Shown one piece after another: positions 48,744 to 61,701 of a stretch of 64,000 nt of DNA; position 1 is the stretch's first letter; the number at the start of each line of letters is the position of its first letter. The stretch covers positions 4,464,001 to 4,528,000 of the forward strand of contig CM068757.1 of the NCBI GenBank assembly GCA_035084275.1. Reading direction: 5' to 3'. The position numbers and the translations under genes were made by a program. This DNA is from Hydrolagus colliei. Taxonomy: Eukaryota. The notes under the pieces were generated by a model. It made no database searches and was not told the origin of the DNA. It saw only the letters and a list, made by a program, of their open reading frames with translations.

Positions 48744-51700
48744 CTCTGCTTAAAAAAGTTCTGAAAAGCGAGGTGCAATGAGCACCTGTTGCATGCTGCT
48801 GCACAGTCTGTTGCCAGGTTCTATCTTGTTTATTCTCTGAGATGAATTCAGTCAGTGCCAAATGCTTTTCGAGCCTCGCTAAACTACCACCTCAGCCCAA
48901 AACATCTGCGAGACCCTGAGCAAGGCATCATGTTTTAATCAAGCACTGAAATAGCCTGCTCTGGAAGCTACACGTCGCTCTGGTATGGTCACATTGCGGA
49001 AATGCTTTCAGACCGATTACATCCTGTGGTGGTGGTCTGGAGGAAGCCAATATAAAGATGAATTTTCTACGCTTGAAGCAGCTTAAACTGTTAGATCCTG
49101 ATCGTCATTCAGCTTAATGAAGCAAAAATGAGACTCATGTGACTCCAGACAACAAGCGAGTTAACATTCATAGGCATCTCTTCAAAATACCCCCCAAATC
49201 TTAAATTTAAACAATATGGTTGAGTTGTTCACAGTTGTCAGTTTGAAATGCTTTAGCCCTAAGGAACTTTGCTCCAGAATGAAACTCTTTTGTGTCTGTT
49301 TGAACAAAAGGGCAATCTGCAGTTAGTGTCTTTCCATCAATTAATTGGGATCACTATTATAAAACATTAAAAAAGTAGCAACAAGAAAAGGCTGCTCCCC
49401 CTATTCTCAAAAAGAAAGATCAATTTTTGTCTTCCCCCCACCTTCTGTTCCACACCCTTAATTGAACCAGATTTTCCTGAACTTGGTTATTTTCTTCATA
49501 GTGTTGGTACCATCAGGAAATATTATAGGAAGTTGTCTAGAGGTAGATTAAGCATAACATGAATAGCGCTGATTAATAGCTCGAGTTTTTGTATTTCAAT
49601 TGCACATGTGGAACTTTAATGAGTTTTCTTAAATCTAAGAAAATCTATCCACACCGCAGCACTTTATCAAACAGTTCAGTTATTTTCTCAAAAACACAGC
49701 GTTGAAATGGCTTTCAGGAGACATATTTTTGGACATACCAAGAGTAGCTGTTTAAGTATTTTTCATATTTCAATGAGAACCTCTCGTGTAACAGGGCATA
49801 CTAGATTCTTCTTTCCCATTAGTACAGCTTTCTTAGCTTCTCCAAAACTGCCAGCTCCTCTGACATATTAATTTATTTTTTGATGGAGCACTTTGATTTA
49901 CTTTCTGCAGTAACAAATTATTACACCTCCGCTTTGTGGAATGAGCAACATCAGCATTAATATGTATTGTTCCCAGTCAATTGTATTGTTTAAAAGTTTA
50001 TGAAGTCTGTGTCTGTTTCCAGACCCATGGATTAATGATTTACATCCCATAATGATACTGAATCAAGACATCCTTGGGCTATAGAGGAAAAAGTGTAATT
50101 ACTGCCAGAAGGATGAACGATTCTTCTGAAGTCCATTAGACTAATCTCCTGATCATGCCTCAGTTTATGGAAATCATGGCCAAATAAATGACTCTGAGCA
50201 CGAGTTTGGTTTAACAAGGGAGCTATTACTGTGTCCAATATCCCCAAAGGAGCAGTGGAACTTAGTGTATGATAGGCATTCCATCTTGAAGCTAAGATTA
50301 CAAGAGCCTTAACAGATAAACATATATGCTCCATTTTTGTACCTTTTTCTAAAGGAGTGAAGCTATCTGTCACCTGATGTCATTTGTCTTGATCCCTATC
50401 CCGCTAAACAAATAAGTCAATATGATTCACACAATATATGCTATGCATTGGATTCAGGCCTGAGTAGATTAACCAGTACTGCTTTGATGGATTTCTCTGT
50501 GCTTTGAAGAATCAGTTTAGAACTCTTCTCCGCCCAATTTAAGTTCAGTTTTAAAACTTCATTGCAGTCTGACATGCTTTGCTTGCTAAGTCTTGCGAAC
50601 TATTCATTCTGTGCTTATAATAGAATCAGAAGAAGTAAGGTTTTTTTTTTACTCCCCAACGCTTAAATGCTTGTGCAGTCTTGGTTTCAAATTGTGCTTT
50701 CCTCCACAATTTCCACAATCCATTCATTATACAGTAGTTGCATTGGCAGCACAAATACTAAATGAACCATGCCCCTGAAAAGCACCTTTTAAAGTAAAAG
50801 TACATTTACATTTACAAAAGATTGCATAGTTAAATACAACGATGGTACCAAAAACACAACCAGAAAAAAACACAGTTGATTCCATTGATCATGAGTAGCG
50901 TTAGCATTCTCTTTACTATGTGATTTTTTAAAGGAGCTGCTATGCTCTAACTAAAGATAATCAGCCATACTTTTAAAAGTAAGGTTTTATACAGATCTGA
51001 CCACAATTTTTATTTTCAAAGCACATTTCAGAAACTATAAACAATGGCATCAAACATCAGAGAGCTCAAGACATGCGACGGAATGTTGGAGTTGGCTTAT
51101 TTAGTTCAGCAAACTACTGTATTTTACCATTTCACAGTGTAAGGATATCCACCTAGTTTCCTGCTCCAGCACCCACCTCGTCCCCACCACCCAGCCAAAC
51201 ATATTCACTGAGCACTGGTATCTGCAAGGTCAGTTGACACACAGAGAGAAACACTAATTCATCCCAAACATATTTGATTGAAACATTGACTGTCCAGCGC
51301 CTTGGGACGTCCTCCTGAAGTAAAAGGCGTTATACAAATGTAATTTTGTTGTTGATTTAAAATTAAAAAAAATTTGATTTTTAAATTTAACCTAGCTCAC
51401 AGCCAGGTTAATATAATTTGAGAATCCATATCAGGAACACCCTTTGGCAAGGTTTCCACTACTATAAGTTGTGATTGCTTCTGCAGTGAAAACTGAATGG
51501 GGTGAAGTGTTTAAATATAACAGGGACCGCACAGGCATGTACTGCTGTCAAAGGTCTCATTAAACAGTGGATCACAATATCCAGCTTTATTAGTACAGCA
51601 GAAATACAGTTAAACCCATCTAGACAGGTCACCCAAGAGACTGGTTAGAAATCTAACTAAATTTTCTTTTAAAAAATCCATCCTAGCCATCTGATGAAAA

Positions 51701-54040
51701 TGTAACAACTTGTAAGAAGATAAATATATGCATATTCAGATCATTATTGTATCTCACTGATCCGAATTTCCCAGTTTTCGACAAGTGAGGCCAATCACTT
51801 CTGGGCCCAATGGATTAGCTACCTGAAATAACACTTCTCCATGGAGCTGCCAGAATACTACTGTTTAAATTAATGACATAGTGCTTTGCACTTTGCCTAG
51901 ATGCAGCAGTGCTTCGCATTGAAAGTCCTCCCTCTGATTCACTTTCACGTTTATCAGTGGTCGTTTTAACATTTAGTATACATTTAAACACAGAAAAACG
52001 ACCAGCAATGTAGCTTTTTTCAAAGATTAAATAAACGTTTTGTAGTTATGAATATTAATGAGTCTTACAGCACACTAAGGATTTCAAGCTAAAGTCTAAT
52101 CTAGTTCTTTTTAAAAAAAAAACACACACGTGCACTGCCAGGACTAAGTGCAGTACATATAAAGTGGTTTTGCTGACACTACTGATATACAAGCGAGACT
52201 TGCATCAAATTAAATCATAGACATTTTATTATCAGCTCATTTAAGGAGTTGAAAGTACTATTAAGAAGTACCCAACATGGCTTTAGAGCATTAAGCACAC
52301 AAGTATACAATCAATTCACTTTACAGTGTATTCTGTGAAGCGCTTTGAGACGTCTAGAAGACATGAAAGGCGGTATATAAAAATGCAAGGATTATCATTA
52401 TTATTTATAAGCCAAAGCTCACCAATCTTCCTGAATTATTTCAGTGGAATAGTGGATGAGCACTGTTCAGTGGGGAATCTAACTTTTGGGGATTTTCAGA
52501 AGTTTTACTTGTGAAACTCTTTTTTAAAAAAAAAAGGTAAGACTCGTCCCATTCCTGGCATATCAGCTGGTTGGATTTTGAAACTAATTTAGCAACAGGA
52601 AATGCAATGTTACATGATCAACATCAAAGGTTTCTGATTGTGCCAAGCTACCTAAGCAGTTGAATTATACAAATTGGAAGATGAGCAATTCCAAGAAAAT
52701 AGTGTCCAATAAAGCACATCAATTTTGATATAAATTTAACTGAAAGCTAATGCATTGATGCCCATAATAGATTACACAATGAAGGATAATCATCCACAGC
52801 AATGCAGAAAGAAAATAAATTGGGTTATTTGTCTTTTGCTGAAATATTTGCAGACAATGTGAACCTGTTGACAAAGCAGCAAGTCCTAGCTTGATCCTTG
52901 TTTTGAGATAGCTGATCTCAGCAGGGATGTATAGTAATATTTAGTTAGCCTCACCAGTTAATGAATATGTGGGGAGGAAATAAAGTTAGCTAGAGTTCCC
53001 ACTCTCATTTGTCGTACAATGACCTTACCCGAAAATAACCATGTTTGTACATTGACTGAACTGAATTATTGAATTCTTCTTACCCATCATGACACAGCCT
53101 GCCAGCACAGATTGTTTGATCTCACAAGAATGACCAGGGGGCATCTAGCTGCTGTGGATTCATACACCAACATGAGATAATGCCACAAAAAGAGCAAACC
53201 AAATGTGATAAAAACGCATTGGAAATGTTGAGTGTCATTTGGGGCAGCCCGGTCTTCAAAATGTTGTACCTTGGGAAATGTTCAAAGAGGAACTAAAATA
53301 ATTCTTCTTGAAGCACCAAGTGGCAGCAGAAAGTACAAAGCACAAAGCCAGAGAACAAAAGATTTGAGGAAGAACAAATGACCCAAATCCTTCAAAATGC
53401 TGAGAGGCGGAGATCATTCAGATCAATTTACGTTGCAATTCAAGCAAACACGTGTATAAAATTAATGAGGGCTCAAGTAAACTCAGGAAATTAAACGAAT
53501 GTAGAGCCTCCATTGGCTGCGACCTAGAGTATCTGCAGGACTCCCTGTTTCCCCGTCGCAAATTAGTTCAATATCAGAACAGTCCGAATCCACCGCATCC
53601 ATTTATTCATTGATATTGTGATATAACATCACAGTACGTATGTATTACTGTGAGCAACAATGATGCCATCGGACACACATTCGTTCCATTTGTAACTTTT
53701 ATGCATAATGAACAGGTTTTTGAAATTGTGCTTGCTCTACAGTACTAAGTTTTACTATCGTGGTCAAGCTGTACAGAGTATTTCAGGTGCAGCCTTTGGT
53801 CAGGCTATAGCTGAAATAATGCACACAGTTTTGATCACATCATAAGAAAGAAAGCTGAGCACCAGCGTTGGTGAGGACAACCTGCAAAGACTAAGTAGAT
53901 AAGCTAGTGCACTTCAACCTCAAAAAGAATATTTTCAAAGAAGAACTGACAGGTGTAATAACATGCCTCAACAAGGTAGAGAAAATGACCCCCACACACA
54001 GGAAGTTGTATATTCTGAATGTTCAGCAGAAAAGGGCTGA

Positions 54041-54262
54041 AACAACACCAACAACAACAAAAACACTTGTATAGCGCCTTTCACGTCAGGAGGACAACAA
54101 CAACAACAACAACTTTGATTTATATAGCACCCTCCACGCCGGACGGTGTCTCAGGGAGCTTCACAGTAGTGGATCCCGGGACAGAGCCAGGGGTGGGGGT
54201 AGAAAGGTGACCAAAGGCACAGTCAAAGAGAAAGGTCTTTAGCTGACATCCCAAGGCACTGG
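54041..54262 (-). mobile_element. Two nested L2 3' ends; other short L2 tails near 24895(-), 25135, 26915, 27490(-), 35785, 36487(-), 36765, 51285, 54515(-), 61910, 62675(-), 63641(-)
   Basis: Family A tail ...tcacgtcaggaggac is interrupted by a second family's tail and resumes as gacatcccaaggcactgg. Confidence 0.8.
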
Positions 54263-54341
54263 AAATGCGATGCTCAGGTGCAGTAGTGATACATTTGATG
54301 TTGTGGGCATTTGCAATCTTTATGTATGATTTCTTTCCCAG

Positions 54342-54427
54342 GATTGTCCTTATGGATGACGCAATGGACTGCCTGATGTCATTTGTGGACTTTCTGTATG
54401 CATTCCAGATTCAGTTTTACTATTATG
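54342..54427 (+). CDS. CSTPP1: CSTPP1 coding exon, IVLMDDAMDCLMSFVDFLYAFQIQFYYY
   Basis: Acceptor ttctttcccag and donor gtaagt; phase 2 in, phase 1 out. Lies inside track ORF 54265..54453. Matches human IVLMDDAMDCLMSFSDFLFAFQIQFYY. Confidence 0.97.
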
Positions 54428-56004
54428 GTAAGTGGGCATTTATTGGCTTCTGATTTTGAGAGGTTCAGCATTTGAACCTCTGAAGTCAAATATGGTTTAG
54501 ATCACAGCTCGAGCATACAAACAACAAATTGCATTGAAATAGTGCTCTGCATGTCGAGAGGATTTCCCAACACCCTGGACAGTCAAGGGTTTGCACTCAA
54601 GCTGAGGCTTGGTTTTGAGGCTGGTAGAAGTCACTTGAAAGACAGATGATAAAAAGAAGTTGGAGTACATTATTTAACTTCCAATAAGTAAACTTTGCTT
54701 TAAGTTGGATCCCTATCCCCTGTTGTGACTGTTGCAAGTATTTTTTTTGGCTGTGTTGGCAACAACAGTGCACTCATCCCCGGTTTCTATACATCTTTAA
54801 ATGTTTTCCTTCTGTTTCATCACCTGCTCCACCCCCCCCACCCGCCCTCCCTGCCGGGTGTGTTCACAAGGTTACCAGCTTTGGAAATGACTCAAACGCA
54901 TCACGTGGAGTAGTTAGTACTGAAGCAAACGGATCAAAAAAAGCCACAGTTTGGTTCAATTGCTGATCTTGTGCGAATCAGCTGATCTCAGTCTGGGAAA
55001 CTTGTAAATCCTTCAAACGACCCCTGCGTGAAATCTTAAGTTCTAACTTAACTGCGACAAGACGTTCCATTGTTTTGCAGCAATGCAATGTGTCTGCAGG
55101 TTGCAGGCAAAGTCTTTTTTTTCTAAACTGTGGGTGATTGTCTTATAGCTTTCCTTTAGGTGATGGGCACAAAATCCATGGGAAAGAAAGTTAAAGCACT
55201 AGGTACCATATGACTTGTGAACAGTAAATCCAATATTTGCCCTGGTTACTGTAGCAGCTTGCCATTGCACCTTATTCTCATATTACAGTAGAAAGTTCAT
55301 TCTATTGACAGATCAAATTATCTGCTTGGTTGGGCTACCCGCCGAGTGCGCTTCTCTCAAGTCAGTGTTCTGTTGACAATCAGACTCAAACTGATACTGC
55401 AGAATTCTCGAGTCTGTTGTCCAGCAGAATAAATTCTGAACATCTTTATTCGATCTGAACTACAGTCACTTCAAGCTCCTCATGGTTTTCAGTGAAAATG
55501 CTGCCACTCGTAAGGAACAGCATCTCAGCAATGCTTCATCTTATAATCGAGAGCATATTTAGTCGACTTTTATCAAATCCAACCCAGCTGTTCGTATCAA
55601 ATCACAAGCACAAACTGTTCAAGGCACCAAACCATCTTAGCTCTAGGCTAGCTGGTTATCAATGAAAGCCAAGGTCTAATTAATTTATATTAATACTCCT
55701 TGGGTAAGTACGATCAAGGTTCAGCTAAAATTTCTGCCATGGACACATCTCAGAAACAGATCAGCGTAAGCAAGGTCCTCATTCCTGCAGTCATCTGTTG
55801 ACCCCTACTGGATATGGGTAGAACGGCACCACAAATGAGAGAGTGTTGTTTTTATTCACAACTGTATGTCATTATGTGGCACCATCGGTAAATGAGGACC
55901 CAATATCACCGGTAATGATACCACAGATATTTATTCATCTATTAAAATATTAGTACTGTGTGTATACTGCAGATTTTTTTAAAAAATTTGCCTCCCCACT
56001 TCAG

Positions 56005-56197
56005 AATTTCTTGAAGGTGTTGCCATCATTTATCAGGACTTGCTAATGGGAAAGAACCCAAACACTGTGATTGTGCCCACATCGTCAATGCAGGAAGATC
56101 ACAGTTTGCCATCGAGTGAGATGCCAACACAGGAGGGCATAGACGCTTCACAGTTTTATGACTGTTTGGAAACATTATGTGATAGGTATAAACACAG
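56005..56197 (+). CDS. CSTPP1: CSTPP1 coding exon, (E)FLEGVAIIYQDLLMGKNPNTVIVPTSSMQEDHSLPSSEMPTQEGIDASQFYDCLETLCDRYKH(S)
   Basis: Acceptor cctccccacttcag and donor gtgagc; phase 1 in, phase 2 out. Contains the conserved GKNPNTVIVPTSS motif. Confidence 0.96.
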
Positions 56198-56343
56198 GTG
56201 AGCTTTTTTTCCTCCCCCACAGAAATGACACAGTGTTCACCAATTTAGATGATTGTCATCTTTATTTCTGCATCACATTGAAGGCTTGGTTCTTTGATAC
56301 TTTTGCATTGTTTGTTGCAAATGTGCACGTTTTGTCAACCTAA

Positions 56344-56646
56344 AGTCCTGTAGCTCAGTGGTTAGAGCACTCACCTTGCAAGTGAGAGACCTGCTTTCGA
56401 ATCCAGGCAGGGCGAAACTGTGGGCAAGTTTCCTTACTCTACACACATCATTATAATCCCTCAAAAAAAAATTGTCCACTCAATCCATAACTGTTTGTGG
56501 GAAAATGCTGTGCTCAATTGGCAGCCATATTTTGCCCATAAATATACAGTCAATTCACTTTACAGTATATTTTGTGAAGTGCTTTGAGACGTTGATAAGA
56601 TGTGAAAAGCGCTACATCAAATGCAAGGATTATTATTATTATTATA
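56344..56646 (+). mobile_element. tRNA-derived SINE, full length
   Basis: agtcctgtagctcagtggttagagcactcaccttgcaagtgagagacc; anticodon arm ctcac-cttgcaa-gtgag gives anticodon TGC (Ala). Confidence 0.92.
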
Positions 56647-59469
56647 TCTTCAAGTTATCACAAAGGTAACAAAGAGGAGATTGTGCCAGTAATTGTTACT
56701 CCAATGGTTACATTTCCCCCATTCAGAGGCATTGGTTGTCATGCTGGAAATTCCCTTAGATCTGCAGGAAAGCTTGGAGATTATTTTTTTTGGGGGGGTG
56801 GGGGGGGAGAAATATGAGCAATTTTACTTGTTAAACTGCGTCTGGCTGCGCCATCTATTCTGTCAGATTTCAGCACACAAATGAAAGCAAGAGACGGCTG
56901 CTGAGGCACAGAACATGAGAAGGTGATCACAACTGAGACGCCTCAAGACTGAAACCAAGACAAAACCTATCACCAGAATGATAAATACTCCTTTGTGAGA
57001 GTTACTGGCAGTGTGTTATTCCGATTGGCATCTTTGCACTAATGCTCAGTCCATGCCAGAATCATTCAGTGTTACTAGGTCAGCCAGCCTCAAAGCAGAA
57101 ACTATTAAAAGCACTGCACAGCATTTATTTTGCTAAGCGAATGAACTTCCTGTTTCCTCAGCAGAGGAAAGGTTAATGAGCTGATGACTGCATCTCCTGA
57201 TAATCCAAATAACCAGGAGACAAAAAGGTCATCTGTCCCTTCCCTCAGCGATGCTGATCGTGGACCAAATGTTTAGTCTGAATCTCCAGTCAAGTTGCGA
57301 TATGTCTGTGGTCGCACTTCTAATCTAAACACTCTGGGTGACCATGACCCAAGACACATTCTGTCTTACAGCATTGCCCTCGCCTCTGCTGAACCCACTT
57401 TGGTTAATCTAGGCTCATACGTCGGGCTTCTTGAGCATTGAAATCCATCGACAAACACTCGTGGTTTACTTGGACATTTGGTAGTAACACACTTCAAACT
57501 GAAAAGTTGGAAGATTTTTCCACAATTAAAATGGACGTTCCATTGAGTTCTCTAAATGCAACCACAAGATCTTGGTTCAGTAAACATTTCTGAATCACCA
57601 GTGTTACCGACTAAGGTTTCCCCTGAAAGTGTTCATTTAGCACTTCAGCTATTTTTCACCAATGCCATTTTACAGAATTGCATTTTCAGACTGATGGCCA
57701 CACTACCTGTAAGAGATGTTCTCACTCAAGTAGAGCAGCACATTAGCTGTGGAATAACCACAGTTTCTGGGTCAATTACTCAGTAACCTTTGAACAGAGG
57801 CCTGGTGCTGTTGTGTTTGCATGTGTTTGAGGAAGCACATGGCAGACTGTTTTGGTAAGCAGTTGAGCAAGCATTTTTAGCTTGATTTCAACTTGTAACC
57901 CTGTTACACCAGATTAGTGTAATTGCAACATTAATAATCCATTTAGAGCATTTACGTGATTTAGCAGTACTGTATTAGCACTTGTAAAAACAGAAGAATG
58001 GAAGCAATTGGGCGATCAAATATACTTGTGTTTTCTTTTATCAATTTGTAGATTATGAGCTAAGTATCTCTTCATCATTATTTTTATGTCAGCACCTTCA
58101 GTACTCTGAGCCACTTTTCCTAACTGATTAGTGTGTGATCTTATCCAGTCCATTTTAAGTTCCTTCAATAGCACGACATGTTCAATGTTTGGTGCCTTAC
58201 CTTCAATTACATCATACCGATTCAACAGTAAACTTCAAGCATATGGGTACAAAGACACCCTAATAGTTGTACTCCACTTAAAAGGGGGAGTTTTAACTGT
58301 GGCAAAGGTCTTAGAACCAGTTCCGTTCTTACATATTCTCCTGGGACATGGTTATTTTATACGCTCGGCTTTGGAGAGTTTTACAGGATAACCCAGATGT
58401 AGCCCATGATTTTGGATCATTATTTTCACTTTATGGCTTGACTGAAACCATTTCAAAAAGCATCAATAAATTTGCTCAATATAATAATCCAAGTGATCTC
58501 AAGCATCTAGGAGTCTTGTTGATTACCTAACATAATAATCAATGCTGCCCATTAGGTTGCAATAATATACTGAATTAGCTACCTATTTTGGAGAATGTGA
58601 ATACCTTTTGAAATTCAAATATTTAGTGGGAAAGAAGTAGAAAAATTTCTAGTATAGCCACAGGGAATTAACTTTGACAATTAACTTAAGCGCCCTCCCA
58701 GTTTTTATAAGGAGCTGACAAGTGCAAGTGTCTTATTGACTTTCTTTAAATCGCCCCTCTCCTACTGATAGCTAATGAGCCATGATTGTCATCCTTCTCA
58801 ATATCTTAACCCTGATCCCCTGCTCAAATGCACATCAAAGTATTGGCACTGATACTGAAGCTTTTATATGCTTCAGATCATTTTAACGAAAGTCCATCCC
58901 TAAATGAGTCCCAGGATGCCATAAAAAGGCATTATTAGATACACAGCTTATTAATGATATTATTGCCAAGATGAGATATGAGCGAGTGTGTGCTTGCCTG
59001 TTTGTAATACTGCACACATGTTTTTAATTCCTGTGAAGGAGGGATTTTACAATTGTATCCACATCCTGAGCATGTCATGTATTTTTGTTTGAACTACTTC
59101 ATAAAAAGTTATGTAGCTATAGATTTGCAGCAATGCTACATACGTAACTACATAATATTGGGACAAAGCAAGAATCACCCTGGCAATCCCAGATATAAGG
59201 CACATTATGCCTAAGAATCCATGTACAGGCAGATTATGCAAGTTAGTAATAATAATAATCCTTGCATTTGAAATAGCCCCTTACCATGTCTTCCAGATGT
59301 CTCGAAGCACTTCGCAGAATATACTGTAAAAAGTTATGTTCCTTCCGAGCACTTCATCTTGATAAGTGGCTTGTACATTGTGGGAAATGATCATTTATAC
59401 ATTAAAATTAAGCCTATTAATCAGAAGTAGAAAAAACCCCTGAAGTTTTAAGTGTCCCTGTTTTTGTAG

Positions 59470-59579
59470 CTACCCACCAGCATCCTACATAAAGGACGTC
59501 CTCTGTAAATTGCAGCGAGTGACATTTTATGGATTTCTGATGGCCCTCGCAAAAGATGACGGGATCAACTGCAAACTAG
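59470..59579 (+). CDS. CSTPP1: CSTPP1 coding exon, YPPASYIKDVLCKLQRVTFYGFLMALAKDDGINCKL
   Basis: Acceptor ccctgtttttgtag and donor gtaagc; phase 2 in, phase 1 out. Matches human CPPPALVKEALSNVQRLTFYGFLMALSKHRGINQAL. Confidence 0.95.
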
Positions 59580-61599
59580 GTAAGCAGCGGCAGCGCAAAA
59601 CCCAATCGATAATTGGCTGTGGGAGTCTCTCCTGGTGGACGGCAATGAGTTCATATACAAATACACAACTACATCTATTGCCCCGAATGACAAACTATTA
59701 TCACTCGACACAAGAATCCAAGAGGATAAATTTTTCCACAGATTAGACTTTTGATTTTTATGAAACATATCCTGTGAATTACTTAAACCTTCCTTGATGT
59801 GAATGGGTACAACTCACTCTTTTATTAAACGCAACACTTGGATCTGCTTCTTAACAACTGCATATTTATCCGTCTGCATATTTATCAAATCGATTTCACA
59901 GCCAAATCGATTGTCCCTTGACTTATTCGGTGTAGGTTTGATCTCCAGGCATCAAAAACTAGTCTCTTTAAACCAACGGCGGTTTTGTCACTGAGTTGAA
60001 TGAAGAGAATATTGCTCAAATTGCCAACTCAAGTTGTGTCGTTCTGGAAAAGCACGATCAGTTTGAATGCTTTTATGTCATCCCTTCCTCAAAGGAAAAT
60101 TGATTGATGTGGCTGCTTAACTAGCCCGAAAGCATACGTTTAAACATGTATATGTCAGGAAAGTATTTTTGATCACAGTCTTATTAATGCACCAAGAAAG
60201 CAGCACTGCTGGTTGCTAAAAGATCACAGCTGCAGAAATCCAAAAGGATCAATGTCAGCTGTAAAGCTACTGTTCTCATTCTGTTTGTTCACTTGTCATC
60301 CGGGAAGTTAAGGACTGTTTGTGACATCGTACGATATTCGGTCATTCTATTGGATAAACCCACAGTAAATATTGAAAACGCAGCATTGTTCGTTAATCAC
60401 AAATAAGTTTCCAAACCGAAGATCAGTCGACTGTGTACCCTCTGATCGTGGAATTAAAAGTTAATGTCGACATGGTTCATTTTTAAAGGTCACAAGATAG
60501 CAATCTAAAAGATGCAATTCGCATTAGCCAAGAGGGGCCTATCAGCCGGAAACCAGGCCAAACAAGGCGTCAATGTGAAATCTCACCAGACAATAATTAT
60601 TAGGGCACGTGATCTCAACATGTATTCAGACGGATTGCGATACATCGAGACTGGGACCGGCGAGATTTTACTTATAAATCCCTTTGTGTCAAATAGTACA
60701 TAAGCCGTCTGGTATCTCACAATTGAGGCCGATTTAGTTTTAATGTCAGATGTTGTTCTTGTTCAGCATTAGATGAGGTTAAACAGGTGGAAGCACTGAT
60801 CCTTTTCATGCACAAGAGTGGTTCCGTAACCTTTTACAGCAGGTAATTAAATGGAAATGGAAGGCAGGGTCATTGGGTGAATTATGCACAATGAAACTGT
60901 TGTTGGTCATCGTCTTGCTGAAGTTTGACATTTATAACTTTATTATACTAATAACATTTTGAAAGGGCACGCTGTTCTTTACTAGACTTTGAGATTTGGT
61001 ATAACCTTTACCGTTCGAATTGTTTCCACCTAAACAGCATTGTTTTTGAAGCACAGACTTAATATAGTGATGAAGCAGTCAGTCATTTTTTAAAATTAAA
61101 AATGGAGCCTTATCTCTCTATTAGTTACTCTTTTGGGGAGATTTGTCCTGTTGGACTGCAATCTGGGAAACATACCAAGTCTTTAGAGTTTCCTCAGCAC
61201 TTTCAGGAAACATTGAAATGACAGAACAATAGTTAGAATCATAGAATTTTACGGCACAAAAGTTCTCTATTTTTAACCAACATTTTTATTTTAAATATTT
61301 GTGCACCCACAAATAACTGCATGTGTTCTTCAGCATCTCATGCAGTAAGACCTATAGTGTGTGACCACTGAAAGGTTAAATGTCTTAAGAGCAGATTCAA
61401 ACGTGCTTTGTTGTGTGTTGGGGGAGAGGGGCAGTGGTGGGAAGGGGAAATGCATTTAGTGAGTGTACAATGGATGCAAACTCCTATAGATTTAAAATCA
61501 CAAACCTGACAACATCTTATATAACTTTGAATTGAGTTCTACAGGAGACAATGGCATCTAAGATATCCAACACAAATAATTTCTCTTTGGTGTTTGCAG

Positions 61600-61663
61600 G
61601 AATTTTGCCCATCAAGACAGAACTCCTTTCAAATCCAGGAAATGATCACGAGCTGGAGAAAGT
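61600..61663 (+). CDS. CSTPP1: CSTPP1 coding exon, (G)ILPIKTELLSNPGNDHELEK(V)
   Basis: Acceptor tttggtgtttgcag and donor gtacgt at 61664; phase 1 in, phase 2 out, which fits the last exon. Similar to human GALPDKGDLMHDPAMDEELERL. Confidence 0.9.
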
Positions 61664-61669
61664 GTACGT

Positions 61670-61701
61670 GAATGAATGAATGATTGAATGAATGAATGAA
61701 T
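61670..61701 (+). repeat. (GAAT)n microsatellite
   Basis: gaatgaatgaatgattgaatgaatgaatgaat directly after the splice donor. Confidence 0.9.

Noticed and set aside
54459-54481. 9-bp hairpin agaggttca-gcatt-tgaacctct after an exon donor
   Set aside because: A stem this short is expected by chance in 64 kb.
56344-56412. tRNA-Ala(TGC)-like sequences here and at 425, 9105, 13782, 37780, 47206 and 48440 as tRNA genes
   Set aside because: Each runs directly into the SINE body and tail and carries mutations in the acceptor stem or T arm; they are SINE heads.
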